A stretch of 64,000 nucleotides of DNA from Meiothermus sp. (GCF_026004055.1 NZ_BPIJ01000003.1:218406-282405); one strand, 5' to 3'; shown: positions 29,736-40,615, counted from the stretch's first letter. Numbers and translations: made by a program. The notes: generated by a model from the sequence alone, not told the origin.

Positions 29736-31193
29736 CTAGTACAGCTCGAGCAGCTTCTCCACCGCCCGCGCGTACCCCGGCCGGTAAGCCTCCATTCCCG
29801 GCTGGGCCGGTGGGGAGGGAAGCTCGGTGGGGGCGGTGGCCTGGAGGGCCTGGGCCACGTCTGGGTAGACCCCGGCCCCCACCAGGGCCAGGATTCCCGC
29901 TCCCCGGGCGGCCCCCTCGTCGCCCGTTACCCGCGCCACCGGTACCCCCAGGGCCCCGCCCAGGAGCGAGAGCCACAGGTCGGAGGCCGCACCCCCGCCG
30001 GTGGCCAGCAGCCGCTCGGCCCCGGCCAGCGGGCGCATCACCCGGTAGACCTCGCCCAAGCTCAAGGCCACCCCCTCCAGGATCGCGCGCACCAGGTGGC
30101 CCCGCCGGTGGGCCAGCGAGAGGCCCAGGAAGGCCCCGCGCAGGTGGGGGTTCAGGTAGGGGCTGCGCTCCCCGGCCAAAAAGGGCAGGAAAAGCAGGCC
30201 CTCGCCCCCCAGGGGGGCCTCCTCGGCTTCCCTCAGGAGGGCTTCCAGGCTTACCTCGGGGAAGAGCCCCCGGAGCCACTCGAGGCTCCCCGCCGCGCTC
30301 AGGGTCACCCCCAGCAGGTGGTAGCCCCCGTCGGCGTGGGCGAAGAGGTGCACCCGGCCCTCGGGCTCGGGGGTGGGTACCTCCAGAGGGATGAAAATCA
30401 CCCCGCTGGTGCCCAGCGAGACGCTCCCCACCCCCTTTCGGTGGCGCGAGACCCCCAGCCCCAGGGCCGCCGCCGCGTTGTCGCCGGCCCCGGCCACCAC
30501 CGGCAGGCCCGCCGGTAGGCCGGTCTCGCGGGCCCACTCGGGCCGCAGGTACCCCACCACCCGCTCGCTGGGGCCCAGTTCGGGGAAAAGCCCCTCAGAA
30601 AGGCCCAGGGTGCCCAGAATTTCGGCGTCCCAGCGCTTTTGCGCCAGGTTCAAAGCCCCCACCCCGGAGGCGTCGGAGTACTCGCTGGCCCAGGCCCCGG
30701 TCAGGGCGAAGGCCAGGTAGTCCTTGGGCAGCAAGACCTTGTAGACCCGCCGGAAGAGCTCAGGGTGCTGGCGCCGGAGCCAGAGCAGCTTGGGGAGCTG
30801 AAAGCCGGTGACCGCCGGGTTGCCGGTGCGGCGGATGAGCTCCTCGCGGGGGATGGCGGCCTCGATCTCCGCTACCTCCTGGGCGGTGCGTTGGTCATTC
30901 CAGAGGGGGGCCGGCGCTAGGGGTTCTCCGGCCTTATCCAAGAAGACCGCCCCATGCATCTGCCCCGAGAGCCCGAGGCCCACCACCTCGGCCTGGCCCA
31001 GCTTCTCAAGCAGGGCCTTCAGGGCCTCCTGTGCGGCCCGGGCCCAGTCCAGCGGGTCTTGCTCGGTCCAGCCTGGGCGGGGGGTGTGCAGGGGGTAGGC
31101 GGCGCGGGCCTCGGCCACCTTTCGGCCTCGCTCGTCCAGGGCCACCGCCTTGAGGCCGCTGGTGCCCAGGTCGAGGCCCAGGGCCAGCCTCAT
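29736..31193 (-). CDS. xylB: Xylulokinase
   Basis: [49 protein letters not shown] and GGGAAS FGGY-family motifs. Confidence 0.95.
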   Translation of the reverse strand: MRLALGLDLGTSGLKAVALDERGRKVAEARAAYPLHTPRPGWTEQDPLDWARAAQEALKALLEKLGQAEVVGLGLSGQMHGAVFLDKAGEPLAPAPLWNDQRTAQEVAEIEAAIPREELIRRTGNPAVTGFQLPKLLWLRRQHPELFRRVYKVLLPKDYLAFALTGAWASEYSDASGVGALNLAQKRWDAEILGTLGLSEGLFPELGPSERVVGYLRPEWARETGLPAGLPVVAGAGDNAAAALGLGVSRHRKGVGSVSLGTSGVIFIPLEVPTPEPEGRVHLFAHADGGYHLLGVTLSAAGSLEWLRGLFPEVSLEALLREAEEAPLGGEGLLFLPFLAGERSPYLNPHLRGAFLGLSLAHRRGHLVRAILEGVALSLGEVYRVMRPLAGAERLLATGGGAASDLWLSLLGGALGVPVARVTGDEGAARGAGILALVGAGVYPDVAQALQATAPTELPSPPAQPGMEAYRPGYARAVEKLLELY

Positions 31194-32350
31194 CCCCGCA
31201 CCCCCAGGAGGTGCTCCACCACGAGCTGATCCAGGGCCTCCAGGGCGTAGCCGCGGGTGCGGGGGGCCTCGGGGAGGGCCAGCGCTTTGAGCTTTTGGGC
31301 CTTCTCCGGGCTATAGGGGCCGAGCAAGGCCAGCGGCTCGGGGTCGGCCCGGTAGTACTCGTCCAAAAGGGCCTTCACCTCGGGGTCTTCGCGGAAGGCC
31401 CGGGCCTTTTCCTTGAGGATCAGGTAGGTGCGCATGCAGCCTTTGGCGAAGGCCCAGACCCCCGTCTCGTCCTCGGTGCGCAGGGCGTGGGCGTCGAAGT
31501 GGCGGGGGCCTGCGTAGCCGCTATGCTCGAGCAGATCCACCAGGAAGAATGAAGCCTTGAGGTTCTCCGAGCCAAAGCGCAGGTCCTGGTCGAAGCGGCT
31601 CATGCGCTGGTCGTTGAGGTCGATGTGGAAGAGCTTGCCCGCGTCCAAAGCCTGGGCCACCGCGTGCACGAAGTTGAGCCCGGCCATGGTCTCGTGGGCG
31701 AACTCGGGGTTGAGGCCAAAGAGGTGGGGCCGCTCGAGGGTACCTATTAGGGCCAGCATGCTCCCCACGGTGGGCAGGTAGATGTCCCCGCGGGGCTCGT
31801 TGGGCTTGGGTTCCAGGGCAAAGCGGTAGCCGTAGCCCTGGTTCTCCGAGTAGGCGGCCAGGAAGTCGAGGGCCTCGCGCAACCAACCCCAGGCTTTCTG
31901 CGCCTTGCCGGTGGCGTCCACCTCGGCCCCCTCCCGGCCCGGCCAGACCACGTAGATCTGGGCGCCCAGCTCGGCCCCTAAGTCGAGGGTCTCGAGGCTC
32001 TTCTTTAGGGCGTAGGCCCGCACCCAGGGGTCGGGGCTGGTGAGGGCCCCGTCCTTGAAGGCCGGGTCGGAGAAGAGGTTGGCCGTCACCATGGGCACCT
32101 TCAGGCCGGTCTCCTCCAGGGCCTTCTTGAAGCGGCGTAGGATGGCCGCCCGCTCGGCGGGGGGGGTGCCGCGGGGAATCAGGTCCTCGTCGTGCAGGTT
32201 GACTCCGTAGGCCCCCAGCTCGGCCAGCTTGTGCACTACGTAATCGGGCTCGAGCCGCGCCCGCACCGCCTCGCCAAAGGGGTCGCGCCCGATGTTCCCC
32301 ACCGTCCATAGGCCAAAGGTGAACTTGTGCTCGGGTCTGGGTTCGTACAT
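31190..32350 (-). CDS. xylA: Xylose isomerase (class I, Thermus type)
   Basis: [41 protein letters not shown] and FHIDLNDQ; 386 aa; true start at 32350 inside the 789-aa ORF call. Confidence 0.97.
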   Translation of the reverse strand: MYEPRPEHKFTFGLWTVGNIGRDPFGEAVRARLEPDYVVHKLAELGAYGVNLHDEDLIPRGTPPAERAAILRRFKKALEETGLKVPMVTANLFSDPAFKDGALTSPDPWVRAYALKKSLETLDLGAELGAQIYVVWPGREGAEVDATGKAQKAWGWLREALDFLAAYSENQGYGYRFALEPKPNEPRGDIYLPTVGSMLALIGTLERPHLFGLNPEFAHETMAGLNFVHAVAQALDAGKLFHIDLNDQRMSRFDQDLRFGSENLKASFFLVDLLEHSGYAGPRHFDAHALRTEDETGVWAFAKGCMRTYLILKEKARAFREDPEVKALLDEYYRADPEPLALLGPYSPEKAQKLKALALPEAPRTRGYALEALDQLVVEHLLGVRG

Positions 32351-33492
32351 TATGCCTCCTCGTAGCTCGTCTCCACAAAAAAGTCCAGGGCCAGCGCCCC
32401 CGTGCCCAAAAGCGCGGCCTCCCGGCCCAGCGGGGAGAGAACCACCTGTTCGGGGGTGTGCACCGCCAGGGCGTAGCGGGAAAGCCGCGCCCGCACCGCC
32501 GGCAGGAGGGCCTCGCCGGTGGCCTCCACCAGGGGGCCGCCCAGCACTACCCGCCCGGGGTCGAGGGTGGCCAGCACCACCCCTAAAAGCTGGGCCAGCC
32601 GCTCGGCCATCTCGGCCAGGCGGGCCTCGCTGGGGGCTTCCAGCCAGCGGCGGTAGCTCAGGAAGGCCTCGGCGCAGCCCCGCTTGCCGCAGCGGCAGGG
32701 GGGGCCTTCCGGCTCGAGCGGGATGTGTCCCACCTCGCCGGCGTGGAAGCGAGCCCCGTGGTAGACCTTGCGCCCCACCACCACCCCGCCCCCCACGCCC
32801 ACCCCCAGGCTCAGGTAGACGCAGTGCTCCAGGGCCAGGGGGTCTTCCCCTTCGGCGCCGAGCCTCCCCAGGGCATACAGGCCATAGGCCGCGGCGTTGG
32901 CCTCGTTCTCCACCACCGCCGGAATCCTTTCCAGGCCCAGGCCCGCCAGGGCCTCGCGAAACCGCTCCAAAAGCGGTAGGTCGGCCCAGTCCAGGTTGGG
33001 GGCCAGGGTGAGGTGGCCGCTCGAGGGCTCCAGCAGCCCCGGCACCGAGAGCCCCGCCGCCAGCACCCGCACCCCCTTTAGATGCGGGGCGGTGGCCTCC
33101 TGAAGCTGGGCCAGGGCCTCCTCCAGCCGAGGGGGGGCGGGGGGCAGCGCGACACGGGCCCGCACCTCGCCCCGCAGGTTCATGAGGGCCACCGCCATCC
33201 GGTCTACATCGATCTCCCAGGCCAGCGCCAGGTGGCGCTTTCCCTCCACCTCGAGGGCCACCGAGGGACGCCCCTGGCCCCGGGGGGGCAGGGGCCGTTC
33301 CCGCACCAGCCCCTCCGCGAGGAGCTCGGCCACCACCTCGGTCACCGCCGAGGGGGAGAGGCCCAGCTTGCGCGCCAGGCGCAGCCGCGAGACGCCAGGC
33401 TCCTTGCGGATGGCCTGCAGGATGCGCGCGCGGTGCCAGCGGCGGAGCTGGCGGGTGCCGCCTAGGGGAGGGGTCTCGAGGGGTCGGGGCAT
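32350..33492 (-). CDS. xylR: ROK-family transcriptional repressor (XylR-like)
   Basis: N-terminal [20 protein letters not shown] and GEVGH...[10 protein letters not shown]; TAATG coupling to xylA. Confidence 0.9.
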   Translation of the reverse strand: MPRPLETPPLGGTRQLRRWHRARILQAIRKEPGVSRLRLARKLGLSPSAVTEVVAELLAEGLVRERPLPPRGQGRPSVALEVEGKRHLALAWEIDVDRMAVALMNLRGEVRARVALPPAPPRLEEALAQLQEATAPHLKGVRVLAAGLSVPGLLEPSSGHLTLAPNLDWADLPLLERFREALAGLGLERIPAVVENEANAAAYGLYALGRLGAEGEDPLALEHCVYLSLGVGVGGGVVVGRKVYHGARFHAGEVGHIPLEPEGPPCRCGKRGCAEAFLSYRRWLEAPSEARLAEMAERLAQLLGVVLATLDPGRVVLGGPLVEATGEALLPAVRARLSRYALAVHTPEQVVLSPLGREAALLGTGALALDFFVETSYEEA

Positions 33493-33518
33493 TGTTCACC
33501 TGAGAATGGGGCTTATAT

Positions 33519-33564
33519 TTATTTCTCGTGCAGAAATAATAACCCGCCCAATAGGTCATGTCAA
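33519..33564 (-). promoter_or_regulatory. xylRAB promoter with overlapping ROK-type operator
   Basis: Minus-strand TTGACA (33564-33559), N17, TATTAT (33541-33536); palindrome TTATTT-CTCGTGCAG-AAATAA at 33519-33539. Confidence 0.75.
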
Positions 33565-33696
33565 CTTTGTCCTTAGCTTTCCGGACAACTCGAGGCAGAC
33601 AAGGATGGCGATGGTGGGTTTAAAAGCGGGCTACCACAAATACCCTCACATACCAAGCACAAGCCGGCTCCAACGCAGTCCGCAGACCTCCCTCCC

Positions 33697-33725
33697 TTGA
33701 CGCTGAAGGCTGAACTCTCCACAAT
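33697..33725 (+). promoter_or_regulatory. hisC promoter (leaderless geometry)
   Basis: TTGACG, N17, CACAAT, then 6 nt to the GTG start. Confidence 0.65.
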
Positions 33726-33731
33726 CGGGGG

Positions 33732-34790
33732 GTGAAGGCATTCAAACCCCACCTGCAAGGGCTTCCTAGTTACCCTTACAAAAAAACCCCGGCGGCCATC
33801 AAGCTCGACCAAAACGAAAGCCCCTACGACCTGCCTGCCGAACTCAAACAGCGGGTCTTGGAGCGCCTGCAAAACCTCGATTTCAACCGCTATCCCAGCC
33901 TGCACGCCGAAGACGTGCGGGAAAAGCTGGCGTCTTACCTGGGCTGGCCGATGGAGGGGCTGGTGCTCTCGCCGGGTTCCAACCTGCTGATTCAGGCCCT
34001 GGTACAGGCCGCGGGGCGGGTGCTGGACACGGCGCCTTCTTTTCCGCACTACGCTTTCTCAGCCAAAATTTCGGCCACCCCCTACCAGGCCATCGCGCTG
34101 GAAGATGGGTTTTCGCTGCCGACCCCTGCGCTGCTCGAGGCTCTCCATACGAGCCCTGCAGTGCTCTTTTTGCCCAACCCCCACGCCCCTACCGCCCAAC
34201 TTTTCGCCGAGAGCGAGATTCGCCGGCTAGCCGATAAGGCCGCACAAACCGGCGGATTGCTGGTAATTGACGAGGCCTACCACCAGTTTTCTGGCACCGA
34301 TTATGCCGGACTGGCCCGGGCCAACCCACACGTAGCCCTTCTGCGAACCTTCTCCAAAGCCTGGGGGCTGGGGGGCATTCGGGCAGGCTACCTGATGGCC
34401 TCGCCCGAGATCTGCAACGTGATTCAAAACTTTGTGCCCCCTTTTGGTCTGCCCGCTCACACCGCCCAGATTCTCCTCACGGTTCTGGAGTCCCCCGGCT
34501 ATGTCCAGGGGATTGTGCAGACCCTGCTGAGCGAGCGAGAACGCCTATTTCAAGTCCTGCAACATCACCCCACCTGGAAAGTCTACCCGAGCCAGACCAA
34601 CTTTTTTCTGATCCGCACCCCCGATGCTGCCGCCGCTTACAGCGCGCTGTTGGCGCAAGGTATCCTGGTGCGGCGGCAGGATCACTACCGGGGCCTGGAA
34701 GGTTGCATCCGGGTCTCGGTGGGCACGCCGCAGGAAAACCAGCGCTTTCTAGAAGCTGCTTTTTCTCTGGCCGAGGTGCCCCATGCGTAG
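33732..34790 (+). CDS. hisC: Histidinol-phosphate aminotransferase
   Basis: KLDQNESPY, NRYP, IDEAY and LRTFSKAWGLGGIRAGY PLP motif. Confidence 0.95.
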   Translation: MKAFKPHLQGLPSYPYKKTPAAIKLDQNESPYDLPAELKQRVLERLQNLDFNRYPSLHAEDVREKLASYLGWPMEGLVLSPGSNLLIQALVQAAGRVLDTAPSFPHYAFSAKISATPYQAIALEDGFSLPTPALLEALHTSPAVLFLPNPHAPTAQLFAESEIRRLADKAAQTGGLLVIDEAYHQFSGTDYAGLARANPHVALLRTFSKAWGLGGIRAGYLMASPEICNVIQNFVPPFGLPAHTAQILLTVLESPGYVQGIVQTLLSERERLFQVLQHHPTWKVYPSQTNFFLIRTPDAAAAYSALLAQGILVRRQDHYRGLEGCIRVSVGTPQENQRFLEAAFSLAEVPHA

Positions 34791-35367
34791 TGCGACCATC
34801 GAACGCAATACCGCCGAAACCCAGATTAAGCTGAGTCTGAAGCTCGACGGAGCCCCCCAGGGCAACATTTCCACCGGCCTGGGTTTTCTGGATCACATGC
34901 TGCTGGCCCTAGAGCGGCATGGGCGTTTTGGGCTAACGGTGGAAGCCAGAGGCGACCTGACTGTGGACGTGCACCACCTGGTGGAGGATGTGGGCATTGT
35001 GCTGGGGATGGCCCTCAAGCAAGCGGTGGGGGATGCCAGGGGCCTCGAGCGCTACGGCGAGGCCAGCGTGCCGATGGACGAAACCCTGGTGCAGGTGGTG
35101 CTGGATTTGTCGGGCCGTAGCCACCTGGCCTTTGTGCCCGAGGAACTCGGCATCGACGGCAGCGCAGGGGGGCTGAACGCCTACCACCTGCGCGAGTTTC
35201 TGCGGGGGCTGTGTAACCATGCCGGCCTCACCCTGCACGTGCGTGTGCTGGCGGGCCGGGAAGCCCACCATGTGCTCGAGGCCACCTTCAAAGCCCTGGC
35301 CCGGGCCCTATACCAGGCCACCCGCCTCACCCGCACCGACCTGCCCAGCACCAAAGAGGTGTTATAG
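34783..35367 (+). CDS. hisB: Imidazoleglycerol-phosphate dehydratase
   Basis: FLDHML, DVHHLVEDVG, PMDETL and HHVLEATFKA motifs. Confidence 0.96.
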   Translation: MRSATIERNTAETQIKLSLKLDGAPQGNISTGLGFLDHMLLALERHGRFGLTVEARGDLTVDVHHLVEDVGIVLGMALKQAVGDARGLERYGEASVPMDETLVQVVLDLSGRSHLAFVPEELGIDGSAGGLNAYHLREFLRGLCNHAGLTLHVRVLAGREAHHVLEATFKALARALYQATRLTRTDLPSTKEVL

Positions 35368-35399
35368 GGGCCAAAATCGAACCAGTTCAGACCAATACC

Positions 35400-35996
35400 A
35401 TGAAGACCCTCCTGATTGACTATGGCTCCGGCAACCTGCACAGCGCGGCCAAAGCCCTGCAAGCCACCGGCTACCAGGTCACGGTATCGGCGGATCCCGG
35501 CCAGGTAAACCGGCACGATCTGTTGGTGCTGCCAGGACAGGGCCATTTTGGCCAGGTGATGCGCTCGTTTGAGGCTTCCGGTTTCGAGGAAGGGGTGCGA
35601 CAGCACATTGCAGCAGGAAAGCCCTTCCTGGGGATTTGCGTGGGTATGCAAATCCTTTTCGAAGGTTCCGAAGAAGCACCGGGGACGCCTGGACTGGGGC
35701 TGGTGCCGGGGCGGCTAGCCCGCTTCCAGGCCCCCAGGGTGCCGCAAATGGGGTGGAACACGGTGGAATATCAGGCGCCGTTTGAGCAACTCTCGGGCCA
35801 CTTTTTCTACTTTGTGCACTCGTACTTTGCCCCGCTGGTGGAAGGAAGCGTTGGTATCGCCGACTACAGCGGAACCCGCTTCACCGCCCTGTATGCCAGC
35901 GATAACGTGGTGGCGCCGCAGTTCCACCCGGAAAAAAGCGGGGTGGTGGGTCTGGCTTTGCTGAGAGCCATTCGGCAGTATTTTGTTGAGTTGTAG
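35400..35996 (+). CDS. hisH: Imidazole glycerol phosphate synthase glutaminase subunit
   Basis: DYGSGNL, GICVGMQ, PQMGWN, YFVHSY and QFHPEKS motifs. Confidence 0.96.
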   Translation: MKTLLIDYGSGNLHSAAKALQATGYQVTVSADPGQVNRHDLLVLPGQGHFGQVMRSFEASGFEEGVRQHIAAGKPFLGICVGMQILFEGSEEAPGTPGLGLVPGRLARFQAPRVPQMGWNTVEYQAPFEQLSGHFFYFVHSYFAPLVEGSVGIADYSGTRFTALYASDNVVAPQFHPEKSGVVGLALLRAIRQYFVEL

Positions 35997-36049
35997 CTCA
36001 GACCAATCCTCTACTTTGGCAAGGCCCCGGGCCTGCTGGGCCCTATTCA

Positions 36050-36200
36050 CAATCCCACCTGGCCTCCCCTACTGCGTAGGGGACGAAGCGGGGTGGGGTG
36101 CTTTTTGCCTGGCCGTACAGAGGTAGCTGTACCGGTACGGCACCAACGGCCCAAGTTTACAAGGTACGGCTCGCTCTGAAGGCCAAAGCGCCCAATGAAC
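36050..36200. repeat. Degenerate fragment of MITE family A
   Basis: CCCACCTGGCCTCCCCTACTGCGTAGGGG..GAAGCGGGGTGGGGTGCTTTTTGC core. Confidence 0.65.
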
Positions 36201-36321
36201 CTAACTTCGGCCCTCACTTCTTGACATCCTTCCGAGGCGCACGCAGTGCACCGAGGAATCTGGTACTGCATAGGGATGGCGCATACAGCTTGCCCTTACA
36301 AATCCAAAATGTGAGCACCTT

Positions 36322-36468
36322 GTCATTGCGAGGAGGCCCCCGCCGACGAAGCAATCCAGATTAGGTTTGACCTGGCTAGCTGCGCCAGAGATTCTGGATT
36401 GCTTCGCATCCTGCGGATGCTCGCAATGACGGGAGAAGGCCAGCATCACATACTTTGTTACCAGACCA
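36322..36468. repeat. CGTC/RPE-type palindromic repeat followed by a family-A TIR
   Basis: GTCATTGCGAG..GAAGCAATCCAGA...TCTGGATTGCTTC..CTCGCAATGAC (36322-36430); GTTACCAGACCA ends at 36468. Confidence 0.75.
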
Positions 36469-36473
36469 CTTAG

Positions 36474-36811
36474 TGGTCTGGTAACTAAATTTCCGAAGTT
36501 ATGTACCGTACACCGAATACATCGATGTAGAGATTCCATCCCACTTCGGCCCCCGAGATGGCCTAAAAACGCCCTCCCTACCGCGTAGGGAGGGTGGGGG
36601 AGGGTATCAGGCAAGGCCCCCAATCCGCTGCGTGAAGGGCCAGGTCAGCCACCCCACCTGGCCTCCCCTACGCAGTAGGGGAGGGAAGGGGCGAAGCGGG
36701 GTGGGGTGCTTTTTGCATGACCGTACAGGCACTGCACCGAAGGCCCAGGTTTACGAGACACGGCGCGTTCTGAAGGCTAAACCCCATACTGCGTATTTTG
36801 TTACCAGACCA
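36474..36811. mobile_element. MITE family A, full copy (338 bp)
   Basis: Same TIRs and body as 29398-29735; flanks TTAG/CTAG; lies tail-to-head with another TIR. Confidence 0.9.
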
Positions 36812-36938
36812 CTAGTGCTGCGCCAACTGATAGTTTTTGGGTTATCCTTCTGCGCCGTGAATAAACCGGAAACGTGCTGGAGGCAGTTTACTCGAAAACC
36901 ATTGGCCCCCAGCCTGCCTCTTAGCGGTTGATGGTGTA

Positions 36939-37949
36939 CTAGTTCAGGCTCGGAATGTCGTCACGGATGCAAGCCTTAAAGTGGCCGGGCGACACTTCTT
37001 TGAGTTCGGGCACGGTGTTGGCGCACTCGGCAATGGCGTAACGGCAACGGGTGCGGAAGACACAACCCGAAGGCGGGTTGATGGGGCTGGGAATGTCCCC
37101 CTGCAGCACAATACGCTCGCGCTTGATGGTGGGGTCGGGGGTGGGGATGGCCGATAACAAGGCCTCGGTGTAGGGGTGGCGCGGCTTCAGGTACAGATCA
37201 CGTGAGGGGGCCAGCTCCATAATTTTGCCCAGGTACATCACCGCCACCCGGTCGGAAATATACTCCACCACGGCCAGGTCGTGGGCGATGAACAAAATGG
37301 TCAGACCCAGCTGCTCTTTAAGGTCTTGCAACAGGTTTACCACCTGGGCCTGAATCGAGACGTCCAGGGCCGAGACCGGCTCGTCGGCCACGATGAACTC
37401 GGGACGTACCGCCAACGCACGGGCAATCCCGATACGCTGACGCTGGCCACCGGAAAACTCGTGGGGATAGCGGCGCACATGGTCGGGATTGAGGCCCACC
37501 AGTTGCAGCAGCTCGGCCACCCGATCGTTGCGGGCCTGGGCCGAGCCTTCCAGGTTGTGGATAACCAGTGGTTCAGCAATGATATCCCCCACGGTCATGC
37601 GCGGGTTGAGGGAGGCAAAGGGGTCTTGGAAGATGATTTGCATCTTGCGCCGGTAGGCCCGGAGCTGGTTTTTGGGAAGGTGAGTGATATCTTCACCGTT
37701 GAAGTGGATGGAGCCCTCGGTAGGTTCAATTAGGCGCAGGATGGTGCGGCCCACGGTGGTCTTGCCCGAGCCGGACTCGCCTACCAGACCCAGCACCTCG
37801 CCCTTCTTCACCCCAAAGCTCACGTCGTTGACCGCTTTGACGTTGGCCACCACTCGAGAAAGAATCCCCCCACGAATAGGGAACCACTTCTTGAGGTTGG
37901 TGACCTCGACCAGGTTTGCGGTGGTGGTTCCAGGAACAGCTACGCTCAT
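36939..37949 (-). CDS. oppF: Oligopeptide ABC transporter ATP-binding protein (OppF type)
   Basis: [21 protein letters not shown] and [12 protein letters not shown] motifs. Confidence 0.92.
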   Translation of the reverse strand: MSVAVPGTTTANLVEVTNLKKWFPIRGGILSRVVANVKAVNDVSFGVKKGEVLGLVGESGSGKTTVGRTILRLIEPTEGSIHFNGEDITHLPKNQLRAYRRKMQIIFQDPFASLNPRMTVGDIIAEPLVIHNLEGSAQARNDRVAELLQLVGLNPDHVRRYPHEFSGGQRQRIGIARALAVRPEFIVADEPVSALDVSIQAQVVNLLQDLKEQLGLTILFIAHDLAVVEYISDRVAVMYLGKIMELAPSRDLYLKPRHPYTEALLSAIPTPDPTIKRERIVLQGDIPSPINPPSGCVFRTRCRYAIAECANTVPELKEVSPGHFKACIRDDIPSLN

Positions 37950-38974
37950 GCGCTCACCGCCTCTCCTTTTTGAATCTCGGCCCAGCGCACGCAGCGCACC
38001 ATGTGACCGTTGCCGGCATCTTGCAAGACCGGGATGTCCTGGTCGCACAAGCCAGGCTTAAAGAACTTGCAGCGCGGGTGGAAGGCGCAACCCTGAGGCA
38101 GGTTGAGCGGGTTGGGCACGTTGCCCGGAATGGCTTCCAGGCGCTGTTGGTGCGTGGCCGCCAGGTCGAGGCGGGGCACCGAGTTCAAAAGACCCATGGT
38201 ATAAGGGTGCAGGGGCTTTTTGAAGGTAGGTACCACATCGGCTTCCTCCACCGCCCGCCCAGCGTACATTACCACCACCCGGTCGGCCATCTCGGCCACC
38301 ACACCCAGGTTGTGGGTGATGAACAAGATGCTCATGCCGATCTCTTGCTGAAGCTTTTTCATCAGCTCCAAGATTTGGGCCTGGATGGTCACATCCAGAG
38401 CGGTGGTGGGCTCATCGGCAATAAGAAGGGAGGGATTGCAGGAGAGCGCCATCGCAATCATGACCCGCTGGCGCATCCCACCCGACATCTGGTGCGGATA
38501 GTTGGAAAGGCGCTTTTTTGGCTCGGGGATGCCTACCAGATCGAGCATTTCGGCAGCCTGATCCAGGGCCTCCTTCTTGCTCTTACCCTGGTGTAGCACG
38601 ATGGCCTCGGCAATCTGGTCACCCACGGTATACACCGGGTTGAGGCTGGTCATGGGCTCCTGGAAGATCATGGCAATGTCGTTGCCACGAATCTTGCGCA
38701 TGGTGGCCTCATCTTCTTTGGCCAGATCCCGCACTTTGCCGTCCTTGCCGCGGAAAAGCATCTGACCTTCCACAATTTTGCCCGGCGGGTTAGGAATCAG
38801 GCGCATCATGGCCAGGCTTGTGACCGACTTACCCGAGCCCGACTCCCCTACTACCGCCAGGGTTTCGCCCTTATCGATGTGGAAAGACACACCGTCAACG
38901 GCCTTGACCACCCCGTCGTCGGTGAAGAAGTGAACTTTGAGGTCTTTTACATCTACCAGCCGTTTCTCGTCCAT
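37946..38974 (-). CDS. oppD: Oligopeptide ABC transporter ATP-binding protein (OppD type)
   Basis: [30 protein letters not shown] and HPYTMGLL motifs. Confidence 0.92.
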   Translation of the reverse strand: MDEKRLVDVKDLKVHFFTDDGVVKAVDGVSFHIDKGETLAVVGESGSGKSVTSLAMMRLIPNPPGKIVEGQMLFRGKDGKVRDLAKEDEATMRKIRGNDIAMIFQEPMTSLNPVYTVGDQIAEAIVLHQGKSKKEALDQAAEMLDLVGIPEPKKRLSNYPHQMSGGMRQRVMIAMALSCNPSLLIADEPTTALDVTIQAQILELMKKLQQEIGMSILFITHNLGVVAEMADRVVVMYAGRAVEEADVVPTFKKPLHPYTMGLLNSVPRLDLAATHQQRLEAIPGNVPNPLNLPQGCAFHPRCKFFKPGLCDQDIPVLQDAGNGHMVRCVRWAEIQKGEAVSA

Positions 38975-39031
38975 TCCTACTCCTATATCCTGCCGCTGCA
39001 GATTGCGACATTATATCGCCAAAGCAACTTA

Positions 39032-40603
39032 CTACACCTTGGTACGCGGATCGAGGGCATCGCGCAAGCCGTCCCCCAAAAAGTTGTAGGCCAGCACCGC
39101 CAGCAAAATAAACACCCCCGGAATCAGAAGCCAGGGGCGCTCGCTAAAGGCCGTGATGCCGGTAGCCTGGGCCTTGGAGAGCATCAGCCCCCAGGAGGTG
39201 GCCGGTTCCTGAATGCCCAGCCCCAGGAAGGAGAGGCCCGACTCCCCCAGAATAAAGCCAGGAATGGCCAGCGTAACCGCCACAATCAAGTAGGTGTAGG
39301 TGCCGGGCAGTACATGCCGGATGATGACCCGGGCATCGCCCGCCCCCAGAGCCTGGGCAGCCTGGGCAAACTCCATCTCGCGCAGTTGCAGCACCTGGCT
39401 GCGGATGATGCGGGCCAGCCCTCCCCAGTTCACAAAGGAGAGAATGGTCACTACCAGCACAAAGCGCACCGCCGGCGGCACCTCCATGGGGATGAGCACC
39501 GAGAGGATGATCAGCAAGAACAAATCGGGGATGGCCGCCAGCACCTCCACCGCCCGCATGATGATGGTGTCCAGATCAAGCTCGATGCGCGGCCAGAGCA
39601 GGATGTATCCAATCGCTCCCAGCAGCACGGCACCAATCATACCCGCAATTATGGCTTCCAAACCTCGGCTGCTCTGCCAGAAGCCCCAGACCGTAATCCA
39701 AAGCAACCAGGCCATCCCCCCCCAGGCGGCAAGCCAGAGCAAAGCCCGGGCCAGATGGCTACGCCAAACCAAGGCGTACACCAGCGTACTCAACCCCACT
39801 AAGCCCAATACCAGCCCCAGTCCACCCAGGGCCAGGGTGCTTACACGTTGAAGATCGGGCCGGATGTAGCGCTCATAACCCTGGCCCATACCCCAAAGCA
39901 AAGCAGCTATGAGGACGAGGCCGAGGAGTGCCAGCAAATGATCAGACCAGCGACTGCCACGAACAAATTCCCAGAAACGCGGGTTTAGCAGCCCGATGCT
40001 GAACGTAACCGGGCGACCTGCATAGAAACCAGATATGCTGCCCATGAAGATGCCGATGACAAGGGCCAGGGCCACCGCAAAAATACCGATGGTCAGGCTG
40101 ATGCGAGCGCCAAACCAGATGCGGCCCCATATATCCCGGCCAAAGTCGTCGGTGCCCCATAAAAAGAGTTTGGCCCGGTCTTCCAGCAGCCAGGGGCCGC
40201 CCATCAGGCGCAAGTCGGCAGGGATGAGCCCCAAAAACCGGTAGGGCTCACCTTTGGTAAAAAAGTAAATGGGGTAGCGCCCCTTCTCGCAATCGGTGAT
40301 GACCTCGACCTTGAAGGTCTCGAGGTTCCTACGCCGCTCCGAGGCACAAACATAGGGCCGGGTCAGTTGTCCGTTTTGGTCGCGCCAGAAAATCTGGGTG
40401 GGTGAGGCAAAGGAGAAATCGCGGAAGCTTTTCTCTTCCGGATAAGGAGCCAAAAAGTCGGCAAACAAGGCCCCCAGATAAAACACCAGCAGCACCGCTG
40501 CCCCCAGGCGGGCCAGGGGATGCCGCTTGAAGCGAATCCAGGCCTGCTGGAAGAAACTCCGGTTGGCCGGGGAGGTTGCATTTATTTTCACTCTTTGAAT
40601 CAT
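39032..40603 (-). CDS. oppC: Oligopeptide ABC permease (OppC type) with large membrane insertion
   Basis: WGTDDFGRD, EFAQAAQALGA, GESGLSFLGLG and SWGLML; about 150-aa hydrophobic insert. Confidence 0.9.
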   Translation of the reverse strand: MIQRVKINATSPANRSFFQQAWIRFKRHPLARLGAAVLLVFYLGALFADFLAPYPEEKSFRDFSFASPTQIFWRDQNGQLTRPYVCASERRRNLETFKVEVITDCEKGRYPIYFFTKGEPYRFLGLIPADLRLMGGPWLLEDRAKLFLWGTDDFGRDIWGRIWFGARISLTIGIFAVALALVIGIFMGSISGFYAGRPVTFSIGLLNPRFWEFVRGSRWSDHLLALLGLVLIAALLWGMGQGYERYIRPDLQRVSTLALGGLGLVLGLVGLSTLVYALVWRSHLARALLWLAAWGGMAWLLWITVWGFWQSSRGLEAIIAGMIGAVLLGAIGYILLWPRIELDLDTIIMRAVEVLAAIPDLFLLIILSVLIPMEVPPAVRFVLVVTILSFVNWGGLARIIRSQVLQLREMEFAQAAQALGAGDARVIIRHVLPGTYTYLIVAVTLAIPGFILGESGLSFLGLGIQEPATSWGLMLSKAQATGITAFSERPWLLIPGVFILLAVLAYNFLGDGLRDALDPRTKV

Positions 40604-40615
40604 GCTGGTTCCCCC

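Noticed and set aside
29556-30518. Recurrent ORFs starting MKGQVSHPTWPPLRSRGG (also 36632-36931, 48442-48669) and MGALPNTLPH (29278, 36201)
   Set aside because: They are translations of family-A MITE copies, vary in length with the flanks and have no SD; not a gene family.
32351-33559. N-terminal 400 aa of the 789-aa ORF suggesting a large XylA fusion
   Set aside because: Alternative-frame read-through of GC-rich xylR. The true xylA start is ATG 32350 with its own SD.
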